A stretch of 64,000 nt of DNA. Origin: Octopus vulgaris. Taxonomy: Eukaryota. The stretch lies in NCBI GenBank assembly GCA_951406725.2, contig OX597818.1, forward strand, positions 65,534,001-65,598,000, in the 5' to 3' direction. This document shows positions 27,748 through 40,610 of the stretch, in pieces. Within the stretch, counting starts at the first letter, position 1. Each line of letters begins with the position of its first letter. Below the pieces are notes generated by a model, which saw only the letters and a list, made by a program, of their open reading frames with translations, searched no databases and was not told where the DNA came from. A program made the translations under genes and the position numbers.

Positions 27748-27916
27748 GGTACTACCACTGATCTGTCTGATAACGTTGGGTGGAGAGGTATGTTCAATTC
27801 TTTTTAAAGTAGAAGAAATAGCAAAGGTTTTTTGGCTGCTATTTCTAAACTTCGGTATGTGGTAAAGCAAATCTTTGCTGAACCCTAATTATAAAGTATT
27901 ACTTAAGTTTACTGTC

Positions 27917-27960
<44 letters not shown>

Positions 27961-28181
27961 ATAATGTACCTGCGACCTACAATCTACTAACAGTTCATTC
28001 AAATGAGCAAAAGATTTCTGCGAAATTCTGTATAGCCCTAAAACAATAGAAGAAAGACTAGAAGAAATTTAGTAAATAGTTGTCAAAAAGCAATACGGCA
28101 TAAACCTGTTTAAATTTGGAATCTGAAAGCACGACACAATAATGTCCGGGAGACTGAAGAAAAGAAGTAACGGGCAAAAAC

Positions 28182-28222
<41 letters not shown>

Positions 28223-28231
<9 letters not shown>

Positions 28232-28597
28232 TTCAAACAAGGAAAGACTTAATCAATACATAAACATTTTTAATATAAGGAAACCGCCACTACAATGTTT
28301 CATGTCTTCAATGACATTCGTCAGGTGGATTTTCGATCTCTAATCTGTTTTAATTTATGAATTAAAACAGATTAGGAGATCGAAAATCCCCGACGAATGT
28401 CATTGAAGACATGAAACGATTGTAGTGGCGGTTTTCTATATTAAATTTTTTATGTATTGATTAAGTCTTTCCTTGTTTGTTTTGCAAAATAGTGGTTTTG
28501 TCTCGAATTAATATTATATAATATTTTACTATAAAATTGGATTAATCCTAAATCTGATTTTTTCCCTGTAAATTTGTATTTATTCCCTAATATTTAT

Positions 28598-28600
<3 letters not shown>
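28223..28600. mobile_element. Fold-back element (~120-bp arms, centre about 28357) with hammerhead in each arm, flanked by (TA)n
   Basis: 28234-28355 is the reverse complement of 28360-28479; the right side extends about 120 bp further to the next (TA)n. Confidence 0.85.
28287..28328 (-). ncRNA. Minimal type I hammerhead ribozyme with canonical core
   Basis: CCAC-CTGACGA-ATGTC-ATTGAA-GACAT-GAAAC-ATT-GTA-GTGG; the inverted copy at 28388-28428 has a damaged core. Confidence 0.85.
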
Positions 28601-28648
<48 letters not shown>

Positions 28649-29968
28649 TTCATAAAAGGAGATGAATGTAGTAATTAAAATGATATTGGCTAAATGGAAA
28701 CTAAATCGCCGAATGCGGACGCTAAATTTAGTAAACATAACCAATACAATTTTGGACCACATATCTACTAGCAACTGAACAATAAATAAATATAACCTAT
28801 TATCAAATGCAAATGAAATTGAATACATTATGATTTAATTAGCACACAACTCTCCACAATATCCCGATATTCTTAAAAGTAATCATCGATCAAATACTTC
28901 TGATATTAATGAAACATTTTAGAAACAAAATTCAGTAATTTTATATTTGGAATTTTATGTTTAAATGAACCATTTTCTTACTCCTATTCAGGCATCTTTA
29001 TGCTGCATAATTAAAAATATTATTTCTTAAAATTGATAAGAAACCTATGCCCTTATGAAAAGTATTAGGCTAGGAGAAATACACACACACACTACCGATA
29101 AAGGCATCTCTCTTTCAAAGGAGATAAATGATTATTACATTAAAAAGTGTTAAAAGAATATAAAAAGGAAATCATTATTGCTTGCATTGCTAATTTACGC
29201 TAAAATTTGTTCTCTTTCGACATTACTATAATTTCAATTCTGTTTAACAAAATTCAAACATTTAAAACTAACCGTATCTTTTCTAATATCGTGAGACAAC
29301 ACCGACAAATAACTCTAATGATATTTGATATGTTTATGCTTAAATGCAAATGTTTAATACGAATTGTATGACACATAGACTAATCTCTAATATTGATTTT
29401 GCGGCTTCATGCGAAATTGTAATTCCTGCAATTATCTACAGTAAATATCTGTGTCATATTATATATAGTTACAGCTAAGATTAAATTTGTACATCTAAGC
29501 TGTTGTGTCTAGACAATATCAAACAATTTTCGAAAGAAATTAATCAAAGTTTGTTGTCTTTGAGAAATATACCTCAACACAACTTTCCATAAAAAAATAT
29601 ATCTAAACAGCTGCATTAGAAATATGTGTTTACTTTATGACATTCATTGCTTTAATGATTCATATATTTCATAGCATTGTTACGCAATCAACTGAGTATA
29701 AAATATAGAAGCAGGAACCTTAATATACCGGAGGTATTAAATATATCATGATCTATGAGTGAAGTTTTTATGTTATAATAAATATTCCAGTTATAAAATA
29801 TTTCAAATGAATATTATTTTCTCATCTTTGAGCTGATTTTTAACATACGAGGCTCTTTCTTTCATATCGTTTTAACAGAATATTTTATAGGTTACATTAC
29901 GGTAAATAGTTTGGTGAAATATTATAATAATTTACTTAAAATTATGTTAAGTGCTATTTATCCCAAAT

Positions 29969-30009
<41 letters not shown>

Positions 30010-30894
30010 AAAACACTTACCCATACTCACAATTATAAGCATTTGAAACAACGGACGTCAAATATATTCAATTCTTGAGCTTTAAAATATGTTTTGTCTG
30101 AAATGTCGAATATTAATTTAGTTACTTTATTATTTTGAACTAACAGTTGCAACTAATAAAAGTAACAAAACGTAAAAGATATGAAATGAAAGAATGGAAA
30201 AGGTAAAAGAGGAAGACAATCTTGTATTTATCGGAAAATTTGTATTACAGAGAAGCTGTTCCCCATATACATAAAATATATTCATAAAGTTACTCGATAT
30301 AACCGAAAAAGAAGAAACATTTACTGCGGAATTATTGAACAGCACATGCACTCAGAAACTGATTGACTATTATCAACTCAACACGTGGCTGCATATATAT
30401 GAAGCTGAACGGTGAATATAAATTTGGCAGAGAATACAGCAATTAGATTTTTGAAGACACCTAATCTATTCAATTTTTATTGTAAGAATACTGGGTCTGG
30501 TTAGATGGAATGTGAACCTAGGAATGTTATCTTAACCACTTAAGAGTGCAAATGCTGATAAGAATATGAGGAAATTATATAATAAACTGTAGGATAAACC
30601 TTGAAAATTGTCTTGTACCTAATGAAACATACATAGAGGCACATCTTTCTGTGTGCGCACGCGCGTTCACGTATGGTGCCAGATTTTACCGAAGGTACGC
30701 TGTACTTTAAAAACAAATTTGCATATTAGCCTCAGAGATAGCGAAATCAAGCGCAAGATTTTGTTGGAGTTTTGCGCCCCAAACTAAAGGGAGATTAACT
30801 CAAGATTAAAGATTTTGAGAATAATTTTATTCGCGTACTGCGTTCTTTTTCATGCGGATATCAACTTTGCGTTACATAATTTTAGAATCGATAG

Positions 30895-31040
30895 AAAAAT
30901 ACATTAGAAATGAGAACCGAGGTTCGAAATTTCCCCAAGCCACCTGATGAAGGCTGGAAGGTATATCAGCCGAAACGGTGTGTTAACCTCAAACAAGATA
31001 AGGAGAAATATCCGTCAAATATAAATAATCTAAATAATGT
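30895..31040 (+). mobile_element. Short repeat with hammerhead-like motif
   Basis: CAC-CTGATGA-A-GGCTG-GAAGGTATAT-CAGCC-GAAAC-GGT-GTG (30941-30982); tail repeat TAAATAAT. Confidence 0.6.
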
Positions 31041-31149
31041 CGATTGAATACGTCTCAGTTAAGCAGTGGGGGTTGACGTAATAAAATTAACGCCTCATCC
31101 AATATTGCTGTTCTTGTGCCAAAATTTGAAAGCAAGAGTTACATTTTCA

Positions 31150-31610
31150 AAAGCGTCTAAGTGTCAGAATATGTAGCATATGTGAGCAAACGCTTAACGG
31201 CATTTGTTGGTGAGCTGGCAGAAACGTTAGCACGCCGGGCGAAATGCTTTTTGGCATTTCGTCAGCCGCTGCGTTCTGAGTTCAAATTCCGCCGAGGTCG
31301 ACTGTGCATTTCATCTTTTCAGGGTCGATAAATTAAGTACCAGTTATGCACTGGGATCGATGTAATCGACTTAATCCGTGTGTCTGTCCATGTTTGTGCC
31401 CTCTGTGTTTAGTCCCTTGTGGGTAGTAATGAAATACAAATAGACATTTCGTCTTGCTTTGTGTTCTGAATTCAAATTCTACCAATGTTGGCTGTACATT
31501 GTACCCTTGCAGAATCAGCAGAATATGTACCAGTTGAGGAGTACTGCCTTCCGTGTAATCGATTTATTCCCTCTCCGGAAATTCCTTCTCTTGAGTCAAA
31601 ATTTGAAAAC
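31150..31610 (+). mobile_element. Younger SINE family B copy (31207-31442) inserted in an older copy of the same family
   Basis: Decayed head 31150-31205, intact unit, then remainder of old unit; GGCATTT (31199) / GACATTT (31443) flank the young copy. Confidence 0.8.
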
Positions 31611-32061
31611 AAAATTTACAAAATAAATGTTGGTTCCTTGAAGGACTAGCAAACCAAACCACGCTGCAAAATATCATTCACCATTTATGATACTTCTGGT
31701 TCCTTTAAAAGAAAACCATGTTAACAAATCGTGATGTTAGTGTAATGGTAGCCAAATCGGTAGCGGGGTTTTCTGGAGATCAACTTAATCATATGTAAAT
31801 GATTTATCATAATAACGGTATGATTATCAATTAGTTAATTGAAAACGGCAAGGTAACTATTGCTATATAGAATCGTAATAACTCCATTTTGTCTTTATTA
31901 ACATTTTAAGATTTACTGGCTACTTTATTTCATTGTATTAATTAATTACATACATATAATAGATTACATTATATAAAGCATTCAGGCCTTCAACACATTG
32001 GATGGCAATACGTAGACACAAACACGCCGACACGTTTGTATGTATATACACACACACACAC

Positions 32062-32116
<55 letters not shown>

Positions 32117-32147
32117 TTACACACACATGTTTATATATATATGTATG

Positions 32148-32197
<50 letters not shown>

Positions 32198-32208
32198 CAC
32201 ACACATGA

Positions 32209-32252
<44 letters not shown>

Positions 32253-33486
32253 TGATACAGGTACACGTACACGTACACATACGCATACGTGGATATTTTA
32301 TGTACTTGTACGCATGTATCATAGTTTGTGAGGGCGTGCGTAAATGTTCACATATTTGACAGTTTTAGCGTGCGTTCTCTATATTATTAAAATCGTTTAT
32401 ATGAATAACCATAATTAACATGTATTATTACTGAAGAAAACAATTTATTTCCTTGGACATTTTAATTTTGCTTCGAAGATTTAATTGTCGGGTGGATTAT
32501 TAGAATTTGACAGATGAGAAATTGTATAATCATTGAGACAATGATTCTGCAATTGCTTTCAATAAATTTCTTTCAAATTGCAATGATGTATTGACGTGGA
32601 ATTATGTAGTCAACTTAATCTATGAGGTCTTCATTGCCAGCTGAATCTACCGCCTGTAATTAATATATAATTGCTAGGTCCTGAAGATGTATTATGTTAG
32701 TGCCGTTCTTCAGGCATTCCATATAAAATTCTTTAAGCTGCATTACAGTATAACACGTGAATATTTGCTTTATGATTTTATATTAAGAATGTAGTCATAA
32801 AAAGAGGAGATATCTTTCAAAAATATGCAACAATCACTTTTATAATACTGCTTCTGTATTTACTGTCTCTCCACAACGCTTTATGACACAGAGGGTAAAT
32901 TGATAATCTATCAAGGTCAGTAAGCTAGGTGATTCACAAGATAAATCCGAATATTCATAGATAGAAGCCAAGCGTAATTTTTAGAATTTTGAATAGTTCA
33001 GAGCTGCTGGTAATTATATGCTTTTGAATATATATTAATGTAATCAATCAACGCAATTCAATATTTGTATTGATGTATAATGCCACGGTGCACTAAAATT
33101 TCATTCACAACTGTGTTTCCATATTTAAAATACATTTGATGTAATTTCTTTGTCCCAAAATATATTTAAGATAACATGAAACAGTTCCTACCATTTTTCA
33201 CGTTGTTCAAAAGTTTCTGCATCTTTGTTCCTTAACTCTGAGACTCAGGATTTTGCGATTTAGGATCCGAAAACTTTGAATATGTATCTACAGTATGTTT
33301 AGCGATTTCAGATTTTAGTGAATACGTGGCGGGGAACAGTGTGCGGAGAATTGCTGCTAAGACAAACAGTAGAGATAGCAAGCCTCTGATAAAATCATGA
33401 TTGTCCCTAAAAGTAATATGATGACCGTAGTAGATTGAATAGTTGACCAGTCAGTCAAATATTCAGATAATTAATCACTTAAATAC

Positions 33487-33661
33487 CCTTTTACTCTTTC
33501 ACTTGCTTCAGTATTTGAATGCGGCCATGCTGGAGCACCACCTTTACCCGAGCAAATCGACCCCAGGACTTATTCTTTGTAAGCCTAGTACTTATTCTGT
33601 TGGTTCTTTTTCCCGAACTGCTAAGTTACGGGGACATAAACACACCAGCATCGGTTGTCAT
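33487..33661 (-). mobile_element. SINE family A, 3' half
   Basis: Tail homology to 8244-8425. Confidence 0.85.
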
Positions 33662-34249
33662 GTACATACACCCACACTCCGTTACATAAACATACGCACT
33701 TGTATCACTTAATCTCCAGTCACACACACACATACGGACATTCCGATGAAAGCTGACATTAATCTGTTCTACCATGTGATGCAAGAACTATCCAGGTAGA
33801 TTCATACATACATCCCCATGCTGAAACAGGATCTAATATGCAAGTTAAGCTAAGGTTTGTACTACATTTGTGGATAACATACATACATCGCTCCCCCTCT
33901 CTCACATTTCTTGGCATTCCCTTTCCTTACTCTTTCTACTTTCCTCTGTTATCTCCCTTTCTCTCTTTCACTAGTTCCTTCCCAAATGTTTCGATCCTTC
34001 TGCTCTCTACCTCTCTCTGTCCCTCCCACGTGACCGGTGCTCGGCCAAGCATGATCTTTATTTTGTTGGCTTGACCGCATTTTACACTACACCTTATTTT
34101 CTGGCCTCCGGAATTCCATGTTTGCTTATTGCCGTAAGGCTTCCACTTCACACGTCAGCTTAACTTAACGTGTCCTTTTAGTCGAAAGACACCTGTTGTT
34201 ATTTTTGTTGTTTGTATTCATAATCGAGAATGATTTTCTTATTATTTTA

Positions 34250-34291
<42 letters not shown>

Positions 34292-34296
<5 letters not shown>

Positions 34297-34600
34297 AGTA
34301 AAGAACAGGATATTCGAAAACAAATGAGTGAAATACGCAAACAACGAGAGTAAAACAGGACAAGTAACACAAAGAACGGCCATTCATCAGTTGTCGGCTG
34401 TCTGTCTAATCCTCATTTCGAACATTCACCGACAGAATCTGTCTTGAAAGACAGTTGCTCCCCTAACTTCCCAAATAAATTTGGGATTTTTAGAGAGTCT
34501 AAATTGGGAAAAAAACCCGAGAGTGGAGACATACAGGGAAACAGAAGGAAAAGAAACACGGAGGGTCGTTAGACTAAGATGAGGGGTACGATAGTGAATG

Positions 34601-34602
<2 letters not shown>
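34292..34602 (-). mobile_element. Microsatellite-flanked unclassified element related to 38691-39236
   Basis: Shared block TCGAAA..CTGA(T/A)GAA..TTCTTTGTGTTA.TTGTCCTGT. Confidence 0.55.
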
Positions 34603-34650
<48 letters not shown>

Positions 34651-34659
<9 letters not shown>

Positions 34660-34863
34660 ATCCAAACAAGAAAGCACAAAAAACACAACATCGCGAGGAC
34701 GTGGAACAAATATAGTATTATTGGACGTTAAGAAAGAAGGAAAGATGGGGGTTTTAACGTTTCGAGCGGAGCTTTTCGTCGGAAACTTAGAACGAAAGAT
34801 CCAGAGAAGGGAAGAGAGAGGGAAAAAACTCGCCAACGGTACACACGCGGTCACATTTTGAAT

Positions 34864-34866
<3 letters not shown>
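34651..34866 (-). mobile_element. (TA)n-flanked short element with degenerate hammerhead motif
   Basis: Minus strand GTTT-CCGACGA-AAAGC-TCC-GCTC-GAAACGTTA-AAAC (34786-34751); U4 replaced by C. Confidence 0.55.
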
Positions 34867-34914
<48 letters not shown>

Positions 34915-35772
34915 ATATACCTACGCATATACACACGCCTAGACATTTCAGTGACACAGCAATTCTAATAAATGATTAAATTTTCAAAGACCTACATTTC
35001 TTGAATCAACAAATTTGATATAAAAAAAGACAAAGCAAGCATTAATCTTATTATAAGTGCGCCAAAGTAATTTTTAAAATATAAACAATTTGTTGTTAAT
35101 TTAGACGCGACTAATAATAGATTGATACTATTTCATTTTCCCAAATGTATTCGTGTCGAAAACTAATTACGCATATTTCGATTATTTTGTTCGATTTTTC
35201 GCTCACATCGCACCCGCGTTCTACTTCCCACTCTTTGTGTCTCCTTTTCGATTGTTGAACATAAGTAGAATATTTGCCTCTACATAATGAAATATTTGTT
35301 CGAGTGTGAAATTAACGTTAGAAATTATTTAATCTACGATGGAAGAAATTAAAGCAACATTAAATTAAAACCACCATCTGTGTTTTTGCCTGAATGTATA
35401 CGAACCGTTAAAGGGCACGATGCTGCGGAATTGTTTGAGATAAACTCACATCATAAACTTCTATTAAGGAAAAGCGAAATATATATCGGATTATTATGAA
35501 CGCTGTTGCTGAAATGATTCAGACACATCGTGTAGAAGACTTCCACCCGGTGAAATGAAAAACGTGTGCATCTGAAACTGCATCTTATGTGCTGCAACAG
35601 GGATGGCGTGATGGCGTTCGTGTCGCTCCGATTTAATCTAAAAGTTTTAATCTTCCCATCCACCTTCCGTTGACTAAATCTAGTTTAGATTAGAAACCTC
35701 TAAATGTTGATGTTTTTCAAAGAATTTGCATTTTAAATATTTTCTTTTTCTTTCGAGCTAAATAAAATACTT

Positions 35773-35819
<47 letters not shown>

Positions 35820-35820
<1 letters not shown>

Positions 35821-36218
35821 GTAGGAGTGAATGTGTGCTAAGTAGCTTCCTTACCAACCACATCGTTCCGGGTTGAGACTCACTGAGAGGCACCTTGCGC
35901 AAGTGTCTTCTACTATTGCCTCGGGGCGACCAAAGTCTTGTGAGTGGATTGGTAGACGGAAATTGAATGAATCCCGTCGTATATATGTATATATATATAT
36001 GTCTGTGTGTGTGTCTCTGTTTGTCCCCCAACATCGACTGACAACCGATGCCGGTTTTTTTACGTCCCCGTATTTTGGCGGTTCGGCAAAAGAGCCCGAT
36101 AGAATAAGTATTAGGCTTCCGAAGAATAATTTCTGTGTTCGATTGCTCGAATAAATGCGGTGCTCCAGCATGACCACAGGCATATGACTCGAACAAGTAA
36201 AAGAGTAAATGAGTAAAG
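35820..36218 (+). mobile_element. SINE family A, full length
   Basis: Colinear with the other copies; tail AAAAGAGTAAATGAGT. Confidence 0.9.
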
Positions 36219-36799
36219 TGTATATATTCGTATTTGTAGCATTAAAGAAATGCTATCTTACGCATCTTTGTATGCGCCCATAGCAACATCAAAATAGCAG
36301 TTATAGATTCCATCATCAATTGAAATCCCAAAACACATTATTCATTATTCCATACATAATAATTAAAAATTTTCATTGATTCTAATTTTAAATTTATTTT
36401 TAATTATTTGATATTGATTATATATCTCTAAAATTCATTATCAATCTATTTGGCACAAACGTATTTAAAGTAATATTCTGTGAACAAAAGCCACCACATA
36501 ATCTCGGTGAAAGTTGTTTGATGTATCAGTTTTTGTAGTACTTCAGCAAACAGAACGCAATTTTAGGAGACATTTGCTTATGAGGGTCACCTTCCTCTTC
36601 AGTAAGAGTTCTGATCTATGCGTAATTCGTATTTGAATCACCATATATTCCCATGAACATTTTATAATGGTCGGTTACCTCGGGGATACAAGAAAGTGAG
36701 GAAGCTTTATTTTATTTGGCGAATGATCTTAAAAGTCGAATATAAGAATTATTTAAAGAAAACCACTTTGTTTTTCAGAAATTAATATTATCTACGCGA

Positions 36800-36858
<59 letters not shown>

Positions 36859-38450
36859 CCCCGGCATTCGAGCCATTAATTAATACATAATATCTATTTA
36901 ACGATACTGTACAATAATAATTAACTTTGATACTAAAAGTACGTCTTTTATCCTTAGGAAAGATATTCACTCATGTCATAATCGGAAATGAATGAAAAGA
37001 GAAAATATGAAATAAGATGAATGACCACGACTGGAATATGTTTTGTATTTCGAAGCAATGTGTGCGTATGAGATGTAACAGATAGTATCTGGAAAATATT
37101 TTCCTCCACAAATCTGTTATACTCTCGCCTGTTCGCAGCAATTTCTTGATATGAGATGGTAAGTATTGAACGTGAATATGAACGGAAACTCATGTCTTCA
37201 GAGCACATAAATACCTACCCCTATTCCATAAGATCTCACAGGCCCATCCTCAAATTGAATAAAATTTTAACTAAATCAATGTAACTCCTACAATACTATC
37301 AATTTAAAAATAAACTCTGCACTAAGAACAACAAATATTCACTATTCTATTTCTATTTATTTCACAAAATTTAAATTGGTATAACCATATAACTTGTTTA
37401 AAGTTAATAGAATCTTGCCTTTGAATAATGCGTGTTTGAACTTCGCATAAGGCCATGTCATTATATCTCGAAAGCCATATAAATGATGAATAATATGGTA
37501 AATATTCACAATTATTCAATTATTTATTATGTGAGTTTGGTTATTCTGAGTCGCTCCTTTATTTACAGATATTTCCTCATATATTTTGTTGCTAATTTAC
37601 AAAATTCTTTTTCAATACAAGTAAAGGTTATTCATCTTGTATGATATTCCTTGAATACGTCGAACAAACACATGTGAAATTCGAAAAGAGCTTAGAATCA
37701 CGTTTATCTATTAATACATACGATTTTAAAACTTATGAAACCTACTATAGAAAGTGACATTCACACCGAGAAAAGTTTTATTATTTAAAAAAAAAAGACT
37801 TCTATATTTTAAGTTTAGATTAAAATACCCAACATTCAGTTAGACATAGAAAACCGAGGTCAATTAGCTGATTCTGCTTTTCTTGTGACTATCATGATGG
37901 CCCTTTCAACTTGTCTTTTGATGGTGTCCACCTGTAAAGTAAGAAAGAGACAAAGAAAACTTGACAGTGAGTGCACATATGTGCGGTCCATGAGATATTT
38001 GCGGGTTGCATTGTCAGTAATATCGACGTGACATTCATGTACAACAAGCTGATACTTTGGTTGTACAAGTTGTTCCCCCATATGATATTTCAAATAATCG
38101 CATTTTGCACTGATCACTAAATTTTACAGATAAATTGATTTATCGATTCCAGAATGAAAAAGGGCGACTGGCTTAGGAATTTGAACATAGATGACCGGAA
38201 CACATTATAAGAAGTATTCTGTCAGGCATCAAAATGTTGAAGCCGGCACTGTGCATTTCTTTTGCGGATAATCAACCATCTATGGTATTTACAAAGAAAA
38301 ACAGTAATTTTATGTGAATGAAATATTGGCTTGGATATTTAAAATAACTGGGAATTTCTTATTGCTACTGTATCTTCGGACCTATCTGCTTAGAACTAAA
38401 GTTTACGATTGACGCATATTGACTATAACATCTTCAGTAAGGTAATAATA

Positions 38451-39428
38451 TACTCTCTTTTATTCTCTTTTACTTGTTTCAGTCATTTGACTGCGGCCAT
38501 GCTGGAGCACCGCTTTTAGTCGAGCAAATCGACCCCGGGACTTATTATTTGTAAGCCCAGTACTTATTCTATCAGTCTCTTTTGCCGAACCGCTAAGTGA
38601 CGGCGACGTAAACACACCAGCATCGGTTGTCAAGCAATGCTAGGGGGACAAACACGGACACACAAACATACACACACACATACATATATATCTGGCCTGG
38701 CCTTTCAAGGTAACGGACGACATTCTTCCTGCTCCCCTGTCGTTCACAAAAAATTCTGTGTTTGCAATACTTTTTTTCGTTCGGCGTCAACAGCCCTTCT
38801 TATCTTGTTTTTCCCTGTCCTGTCTTTTACTGTTTATAGTTTTGTACTGTCGTTACTGTCCTGTTTTTTTACCATTTTTTACCATTTTTTACCCCACTGC
38901 GAAAAGATCTCAGAATTTTAATTGATTTGCTTTTCGCAGGAAGGAAAGTTTCTTGTCGAAGATACGTCTCGCTTTTATCCTTCGAAACGTAGAGTAGATG
39001 AAACCATAGCGACTGAAGAAAGGGTTTTTTCTTTGTGTTAATTGTCCTGTACTCGATTTTTTGTTGTTTTTAAAAAAATGTCCAGTTCCTTTGGTTTGTG
39101 TCTATGTTTTCGTTTCTCTTTGTGTTCGACGTCCCTTTGGTGTCCTGTACTCATATATGCGTGTATATGTACATGTAGAGGTAGGTACGTACATATATGT
39201 TTATATATATGCATATGTTTTATTTCATTTATTAATATATATATATATATATATACATATATACGACAGGCTTCTTTCAGTTTCCGTCTACCAAATCCAC
39301 TCACAAGGCATTGGTCGGCCTGGGGCTATAGTAGAAGACACTTGCCCAAGATGCCACGCAGTGGGACTGAATCCGGAACCATGTGGTTGGTAAACAAGCT
39401 ACTTACCACTCAGCCACTCCTGAGCCTA
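38451..39428 (-). mobile_element. SINE family A split by a ~550-bp insertion (38691-39236) in its internal microsatellite
   Basis: Tail at 38451-38690 and head at 39255-39428 are colinear halves of one copy. Confidence 0.85.
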
Positions 39429-40454
39429 TATTAATGTATTTTATTGGAAGACTAAACAATAAACGGGGGAAGAGTGAATTTCAGGTCAAACGTAGTTTAG
39501 CATGCGTGAGAAAACACCATTAGATATGAAATAATAAATAGTTTCAAATCAACTAACTCATGTAAACAAAATCGCATTCACCAGAATATGCTTCAAATCC
39601 TATTATTTAGTCAGAGGTGTAGAAGTGACAAGTTCTTTTGTATTTAGGTATGTAATGAACCTAATAAAATTCACGTAACTACCATCTACTCATTAAAGAT
39701 ATTAAATGACAACGAAATCTTCGGTTTTCTGAAAAAAACTTTCAAAGGAATATTACGTATTAAATTCAATAATTTCTTCATGGGCGTGCAATTCTACATC
39801 TAAATTTATGAACAACTATTTGGCGAACAGAAGTCATAATCAAATTAAAAGTCGAGAGATTGTCATCTACACGGTTTCATGATATTGATACAAGTCCTGC
39901 CGTTAATTCCGTATTCCCTGCCAAATTTGCACTTTTAATTAATTTCCTATTCATTATTAAATCTCAATAACTGAAACCTTAATACTAAAAGGTGTTATCT
40001 GCAGCATAGATACATGAAGCATATGACAAGCTAAGTATTAGTAAATGAGAATTTATAATTCTACATGAATAATTTACACATACTGATTATCCGAATTACA
40101 AAATATCTATTATCCGAATTTTAATCGAAATCTAAGTCATCCCGTCTTCATAATTGTGTCTATTCTGACTATTGTTAATGGATGCTATTACACACTTGTT
40201 AACATTATGCACTTTAGCAAGTAACGTGACGCAACTACATCTATACTGGAAGATTTATTGTGATTATACGAAGGTCGTCAAACGTTTATACAAAGGAACT
40301 GTCGGAATACCTCCGCCGATAAATGTAGTCCGTTGCAGGAAAGAGCAAAAACAGGACCAGTAATCTTTTTCAAACCATTGTCAAGCAGCAGGCCTCAAAT
40401 ATAAATATTTTTGTTAGATTCAAATGTTTCTCACGTTATTGATAATGAATAATA

Positions 40455-40610
40455 TCGATTCCAAATTTGGTACAAGGCCAGCAATTTCAATTTCCTCCAC
40501 CTCAGTTGCCAAGCAGGGCGTATTCTATCGAAGGAAGGAAATGCACAGTTGACCTCTCTGGAATTGAAACTTAGAGCGTAAAACGGACGAAATGCCGCTA
40601 AGCGCAAAAT
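40455..40610 (-). mobile_element. Old SINE family B remnant (similar traces at about 38130-38200, 41215-41335, 46005-46062)
   Basis: GACGAAATGCCGCTAAGC and a decayed B-box/core. Confidence 0.55.

Larger units (their letters stand above)
26982..27915. mobile_element. Large fold-back element with hammerhead motif, flanked by microsatellite
   Basis: Outer IR 27064-27179 / 27799-27915; inner IR 27409-27523 / 27576-27798 (interrupted by a SINE); 27180-27408 is present in the left arm only. Confidence 0.8.
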
